The position numbers were made by a program, and so were the translations under genes. DNA of 60,005 nt, the filler included, from Bipalium vagum (taxonomy: Eukaryota): assembly GCA_037834085.1 (NCBI GenBank). It is 3 parts of 3 records of this genome, joined end to end, with 100 filler letters (N's around TTAATTAATTAA, not from the genome) between each part and the next. Parts side by side here need not be neighbours in the genome. Positions count along the whole stretch, not along the records: positions 42,203 to 60,005 come from JBBMKC010050382.1; 2 more parts are not named here. One strand, 5' to 3'. Within the stretch, counting starts at the first letter, position 1, and each line of letters begins with the position of its first letter. The notes beneath the pieces were generated by a model. That model was not told where the DNA came from. It did no database searches and was given only the letters and a program-made list of their open reading frames with translations. Of this stretch, positions 43,024-60,005 are shown one piece after another.

Positions 43024-43141
43024 ATGGCTTGTTGTGTTACTGAAGAATACAAAGAGCAATTAAGAATTAATAAAGAAATCGAACGTCAACTACATAAAGA
43101 TAAAAAATCTTTCAAGAGTGAATTGAAATTATTGCTTTTGG
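43024..43141 (+). CDS. GNAQ: Galpha-q alternative first coding exon 1a ([40 protein letters not shown])
   Basis: 118-nt ATG-initiated exon ending G|gtaagt (phase 1). It is paralogous to exon 1b and compatible with the acceptor at 43746/43747. Confidence 0.85.
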
Positions 43142-43559
43142 GTAAGTTATAGATTTATAATTAAATTTCCTTTCTATTCTGATTTTTGTCTTCACTTTGT
43201 CAGTAACTGAAAAAAAATAACCAACGTATGCCTGAATTTTAAATAAATAATTTTGGATATCAAGAGTAAATAATCTATAATAGGAAGCAGTTCATCACGG
43301 ACTTGTGCAAAACATTTCTACTTATTATTGATAACGAAAGTTAAAGTTTCTTCTAAAAGGTTAATTATTGATTTTGAACTTGATTAAATTGTTTAATTAT
43401 ACCATTTCGTCACTGTTGTTTACAAAATAAACGCCCTAATTGAAAGTTAATATTTGTAATTGTATGGCAGCCAAGTATTTAATTTAAATAATATTTTAAT
43501 TAGAGTAAAAATTACATCTTAAAATTGCAATAAAAAATTCTTTCTAATATTGCCTTAAA

Positions 43560-54296
<10,737 letters not shown>

Positions 54297-55503
54297 TTCG
54301 AGTATAGATATATGTGTGTATTGATTATGTTTAGTTTCTTATTAGTATTGTTATTTTGATTATTGTAAGAATAATCGTTATTATAATCCTTTTGTATTGT
54401 TATTCATATTAACACAACTTCTATATCTATATTATTATTATTGTTATTATTATTATTATCATTTTGGAATAATTTAAACTGACAACTTTCCGATCACCAT
54501 CTTTTGCACCATTAAATATTTATTTGAAAATGTATAAGAAATGATTAGATTCGACCAAGCTCTGTTGATTCGGTGGTTCGATCAATTGTTATTATTTTAC
54601 TGACCCAATTCTAGTCACTCTATTATTAGTCTGAACCGATTTTCACATTTAATGAACCTGTTAAATATACGTTTTATGGTGAATTTTATGTTAGATTTCA
54701 GTGAGGATACTGTTTTTGAGTAATTCTGTTTTAGATTATAAAGACGATGCAATGCATGACTGAAGTGTTTTGTCAATAACGAATTTGTATTTAGATTCTT
54801 TTAACCTATAATAATTAACACAATATTTACGATGCTTATATGGATGCGTGTTAAATGTATGTCTTAGCATTCTGTTGAATTGGTGGTTTATTATGTATAA
54901 TTTTTTTAATTTTCAATAAAAATTACATTATTTTTTAAAATGATCATTTTAAATTTAACAAATTTCCATTTTTTAAAGAATTAAGTCGAATATGCTACCT
55001 TATGTCAACTTTTGACGGTAGTAATATTCGCAGTTCTCATTTTTTTATGAAAGATGAATTATCTTCGTTTTATGATTGCAGAATTATAATTTTTAGTAGT
55101 ATGTTGATATTTATTAGGCGAACATTCCTTGTTACAAAAATAATAATAATTAATTTTTAAAAAGAAATCTTTAATATTTTAAAAATATTAAAGAAATGTC
55201 TAATAATAAAGTAGTAAGCAGAAATAAAAAAATTTTAGGTCTAATTAATAGGTTAAATTAAATTTTATATTCAAATACATTAGTAAGGGAAATGACTTCC
55301 TCTATTTTTAAGCAACATTTCAACACCATTTGGCAGGGAGTCTGTTATTTTTAAACAGCACTGATGATTTTCAGATCCTTGTACTATACTTGATTCATCG
55401 CCGAAATTAGCTTTTCCATCGTAGTACAGTCCATAGAAAGAAAAGTGACTTGCATATGGCCCACAAATTCTCAATTGGATTAAGGTAGTAATTCCATGAT
55501 TCG

Positions 55504-55790
55504 GCACTTCTAACTTATCATTCGTTAATTTACAGCCTGAAAGATTGACAATGGTGTTTTCCACATTAAATTTACGATGACCTGCCAAAATAATTAGGTC
55601 ATTGAGGTTTTTCAGATGTCTTTTCCTCATTTCTTTGATTTTAAATTCTGATTCTTTGATTATACAATAAACAAAAATGCTGAACCACTTATTGCCAATT
55701 AAATTAAGAAATTGCTGACGAAAACACCATTGTCAATCTTTCAGGCTGTAAATTAACGAATGATGAGTTAGAAGTGCTAAAATACGGGCC
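55504..55790. mobile_element. Penelope-like retroelement fragment forming a 58-bp inverted repeat
   Basis: Arms 55504-55561 and 55720-55777 differ by 1 mismatch and encode ENTIVNLSGCKLTNDELEVLKYGPN, resembling the Penelope N-terminal NLS..Lt..E..vL..G motif. Confidence 0.6.
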
Positions 55791-55799
55791 GAATCATAC

Positions 55800-56404
55800 C
55801 AAATGGGTCAGAACCTTTCTGAGTGATCACATGGATTGGAACACAGTCCTCTGGTCTGACGAAGGCAAATGTAAAAATTGGGAGCGATGGAAAAGTTATT
55901 GTGTGGAGAACTGTGGCAGAAGAAATGAAAATCGAGTGTCTCCCACCACAGTTAAGCATGGTTTTGGATCTATCATGGTTTGGGGATTTTTTTCGAGTTT
56001 TGGGATGGGAAAGAAATGTTAAAAGCATGTCTTATTGAAGAGTGGCAGAAAATTCCTTCTGATTTTTGCAAAAAACTGGTGCAATCAAATGTCAAATGGT
56101 GCTTAATAACAAAGGAGGTCCAAAAAAATATTAGACATGCCACATACATTTAATACTTTTTTGTTTATGTCATAAATATAATAGTAAATGTAATTCTCGT
56201 GGTCTTCATTTCCTGAGTTTTCCAAAAATAAGTTCATAGATTTTTGAAAATGTTTAGTTTGATCTTTAGGCTACATCATACTTCTAGATTAATTGCTGTC
56301 CATTATATTAAAATTATTTTTCAATATTTTTTTTGTCATAGTGCTTCATAAATTTAACTATTTTAGAAATTAAGTGATCATACGAATACTTTTTGCAGGT
56401 ACTG
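55800..56404 (+). mobile_element. Tc1-like remnant with right TIR
   Basis: DWNTVLWSDE, PTVKHG.GSIMVWG and NKGGPKKY*; ends in aatactttttgcaggtactg|ta. Confidence 0.85.
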
Positions 56405-57461
56405 TATATATGTAGATAAACACAAATAGTTTTTTACTGTAAAATGGTTTATTTTGAACCATAACCTGAAGATTGTACAGTTAAATTATTTTAGCCAATA
56501 GGAACGATTTAGAGCGTTAAATTAATTTAGAACTTGGAATGAGATGCATACAGAAGAATAAAAAACACATAAAACTTCTTATAAGTAACTGAAACTTTCT
56601 GACTACAAGTGTCGCTCTGACTTAGCGCATTCATTCACATAAGATTGGTCTCACCTTGAATACAATATACCAGGACTATTAAAATCCAGTTTAGTCACCG
56701 TACCGACATGACTGACGATTTATGGATCAATTGTTCTACCTCAGATAGATTTTCTTAAATTCTTATAATACGTGTTTCTCTTTTCATTAATCGGTGTTAC
56801 AAAATTCAGTTCGAACAGAGTTCTATGATTTATTCATTTTACATTCAGATATACAGAATCAAATATAATTTCAATTAATAATTAATTATTAGGGTGGAAG
56901 AATGATAATCGTTTGTCAAATAAGTTAAATTCAATGTTCATTAATGTCGAATTGCTATTATTTAAAAATATCAATCTAGATATATCTGTAATATTTGGAA
57001 ATCGACGGCAGAAAGTACAAAAACAAAATCTGATTCGACAATAAAATGCGATTTTTGAAAGATGATCAATATCCAAAGAGACGAGTTTTTATTATTTATC
57101 ATGATTAAAAGTTACCAGTTTAAAAAATTTTTCTATTTCTCAAATAGTTCACAATAAGTCATTTTCGCACGAAAATAATGGGGAAATGTTTATTGTTATT
57201 TTATATTTAACAGTATAAAATATAACGACATACAAATCACTTTCTTATATAAAGCACACACATAACAAGCTCATCAATCTTTTAAGCTTCTTAATCTCTA
57301 AAATATACTAGAAATATACTTCATTAAAATTATCCTAATTTTAAAAAAATTTAAGAGTAAGCATATATATCTCATTTCAGTCTCACTTTAATTAGACAGT
57401 TAAATAAGTAATAAAAACTCAGTAAAAATACAAACGAAAATCCAAATATGTATTAAATAAA

Positions 57462-57913
57462 TCAGGCACTTGTCTCAATTTTCAAGATATCAGAATCTCC
57501 TATAAATTGATAAAATATAAAATCATAACATTAACATTAACAAAAAAGTAACCTGGATCAGTAATGGCCATGAAAGACACTTTGAAAAGTTTACCACAGG
57601 CTGTTCCTAAGTCTGTGTTGTTTCCATCAAAGTGATGAATACCTTTTCTGGCTAACATAGAATAATATTCAACTTGGCTTTTGACAAGTGGGTTTGCATT
57701 CTTGGCCACAATAATTAACTCAGCTTTACCAGATCTTATGGTTTTAAGTGTCTGGTTTAAACCCAAGCAATATTTTCCAGTTTTGACAGCCAAGCCCAAT
57801 CGACTTCCAATATTTTCTTCCTTGGTTTTCTTCTTGGGCTTATATTTCAGTAAATAATAAAAGTAAATATATTAAAATACTTCTTTTTTCTTCATATCAA
57901 CTTTTGAAACCAT
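57462..57913 (-). CDS. RPL30: 60S ribosomal protein L30 (eL30)
   Basis: Three exons: [11 protein letters not shown] | [74 protein letters not shown] | [12 protein letters not shown]. Confidence 0.98.
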
Positions 57914-60005
57914 TTTAAAATTCAATTACAAATTGATTGCCAAAAATTAAAACAAAGTTTAATTTTAAATTAAAATAAATTTACTAATTGAAATACATTT
58001 GCTGAATTTTAAATAATTATCATCCATTCTAAAAATAATAATAAGTAAGATGTTCAGGAATAGTGGTACTGAATGCTTGAAATAAAATTAATGTATGTAA
58101 AAAGTATAAAACTAAGTATTTTTGAATTTATCAAATTTCTAAATAAAACTATTGGTGATTTTAATTTCATATTATTTATTCAAAGATTATTTTATTAGTC
58201 TTAAAGTTAAATGTGATAAGTTTATACTGTTTTTGAAATTTAAAATGTAAGTATAAGAAGAAAATAGTTTTTTTCTAAATGTAGTGTTAAAACAGTTGCG
58301 TTCAGGCATAATTAATCAATAGAAATAATCGATTTATAGGTAAGTTAGAGCTAAAGTACTCTTCAGCATGCATCCAAAGTTTCAGAATGTACATTGATCT
58401 TATGGCATCTTTGCCTAATATCAAAATGTAACTTTTAGTCACAGAGCTTACATGAGAATCCCTCTTGTCCAATCTATAGGTTTTTATTCATTCCTATTCT
58501 AATATTGTTTTTCACGATTCATTTTATGTTTTGGATTCATTATTAGTTTATCGTTCCAATTTCATTATATCCTGTAAAGAAACGACCCAGTTGTCGTAGA
58601 TAACGACGCTGGTGGTAGTCAATTAGTGACTTCCTGTTGGATGTCGGTGACAGTTTGATTAAGGTTATGTATTTGCGCGTTCAAGACGTTTTATAGTGAA
58701 GAATTATAAAAATCTAATGAATTCAAATATAAATAATAATCATTAGCATTTCTTTTGATATAAGTTACAGTATATATAAAGAAAGGTCTAAATTATTAAT
58801 CAATTGAAATCAATTTAGTGATTTTAAATATCGATGATCAATTGTACTAAGCTCTATAAACAGATGAGAAAACAAAGATTTATATTTCTATTTTAAGTAA
58901 ATTATGAAAAAAAGTATTTGAATTAATAAAGGTCAAATAAATTAATTAAAAAACCAATCCCATGCAATAATGTGAAAGATAAGCACACTTATTTCAGAAC
59001 GAACATATATTTTGAAGATGAACAATATACAATCTTTTCTTCCATCATAATCAACCAGTTTTATAGTTACTGGTTCAATACCAATACCAGATCGATCAAA
59101 GTAAGAATCCTGATAGCAGTACTTGTAATTTTTAAGTTCATTTCACTCCATCAGAATATCTTGACTGCTTTTTATGGAGACCAATATTTAAAAATTAATG
59201 TGACTGGTCTTTCCTAATTGAACCAAAATATTTCGGCACTTTTGCATTGCATTTATTCTCTCTATTGTAAACATTTTTGGAATTTCTGAATTTTGCCCTC
59301 AATCACCAAGGTGATTCTTAAAATTCGTATCTTATCTTTATTATTGCTTACCTCTTTCCATTTTATTGTAATTCGTATTTTAACTTATTTCATGCGCATT
59401 AGGTTAAAATATTGGTTCTATGTCAATAAACAGCTTAGAGTGAAAAAATCACATTAAATCTAACAAATAACATATTTACATAAAAAAATCTACCGAAAAA
59501 TCTGAATAGCACATATAGTGTTAAATATCATTAAATTAAAGTCTATTGCAACTTTGAATCCAAATTTAAAATTTGTGGTTCGATACGTTTGGTATTTATA
59601 TTTGTGGAGACTTCTGTGGAGACTATTTGGGAAGACTTACAAAAGTCTTTGATAAGAAAAATTCAAGATTTCCAGGAACCAAGAATCATAAGATCAGTAA
59701 CAAGAACAAGACGCGTTTCCCAGTTATTGGCTTTAATCATTAACAACGTGAACTGTCACTTTCATCTTTGTATTAGGGGTTTTAATTAATTTCAGCCGTT
59801 TTTAGAACAAAAAGAACATTTATTTTTACTACAATCATAATAAATAGATTAGTCAAAAATATTTTCCTTCACTTTCTATTACTTTTAACCATCTTTCTGG
59901 TAAAAGCTGGATTCCTTTGCGATAAAATTCCTTGTCCTTAGAACAAATCCACTCAGATACCCATTTTTGCACTTCTGTGTAATTAACGAAATGCGTATCT
60001 CCCAG

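Noticed and set aside
58577-58645. Two to three consecutive small hairpins in a GC-richer patch upstream of RPL30
   Set aside because: No recognisable ncRNA motif. The minus strand reads like a decayed coiled-coil/gag-type coding relic (LNAQIHNLNQTVTDIQQEV), and short stems are expected by chance.

Overview
Very AT-rich eukaryotic (animal) genomic DNA with many short GT-AG introns (about 40-55 nt). The overall character is flatworm/planarian-like, but the species cannot be determined from this window. There are five N-gaps, two of which contain an artificial TTAATTAATTAA linker. Conserved genes: THOC2 (+, 22696-28326), G-protein alpha q (+, 43024/43560-54296), RPL30 (-, 57462-57913) and a compact gene with a PGC-1/PPRC1/spargel-type RRM (+, about 30314-31719). 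The first 19 kb is a minus-strand cluster of divergent secreted or cell-surface genes (discoidin/F-type-lectin-like, FN3 and Ig domains). Some parts are intact and some are decayed. One large intron holds a full-length mariner and a tRNA-Ala-derived Pol III unit. Many decayed Tc1/mariner copies, MITEs and a Penelope-like fragment are scattered through the window. Most notable: (1) Galpha-q has two tandem, equal-length alternative first coding exons (MACC.. versus MGCCLS..) that are predicted to switch N-terminal lipidation. (2) A tRNA-Ala-like RNA keeps G3:U70 and its A/B boxes but has a palindromic non-decoding anticodon arm and a 12-bp leader/trailer extension of the acceptor stem. (3) The PGC-1-like protein is minimal and carries three [LI]PxY repeats. 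All exon structures were read by eye and no database searches were run.
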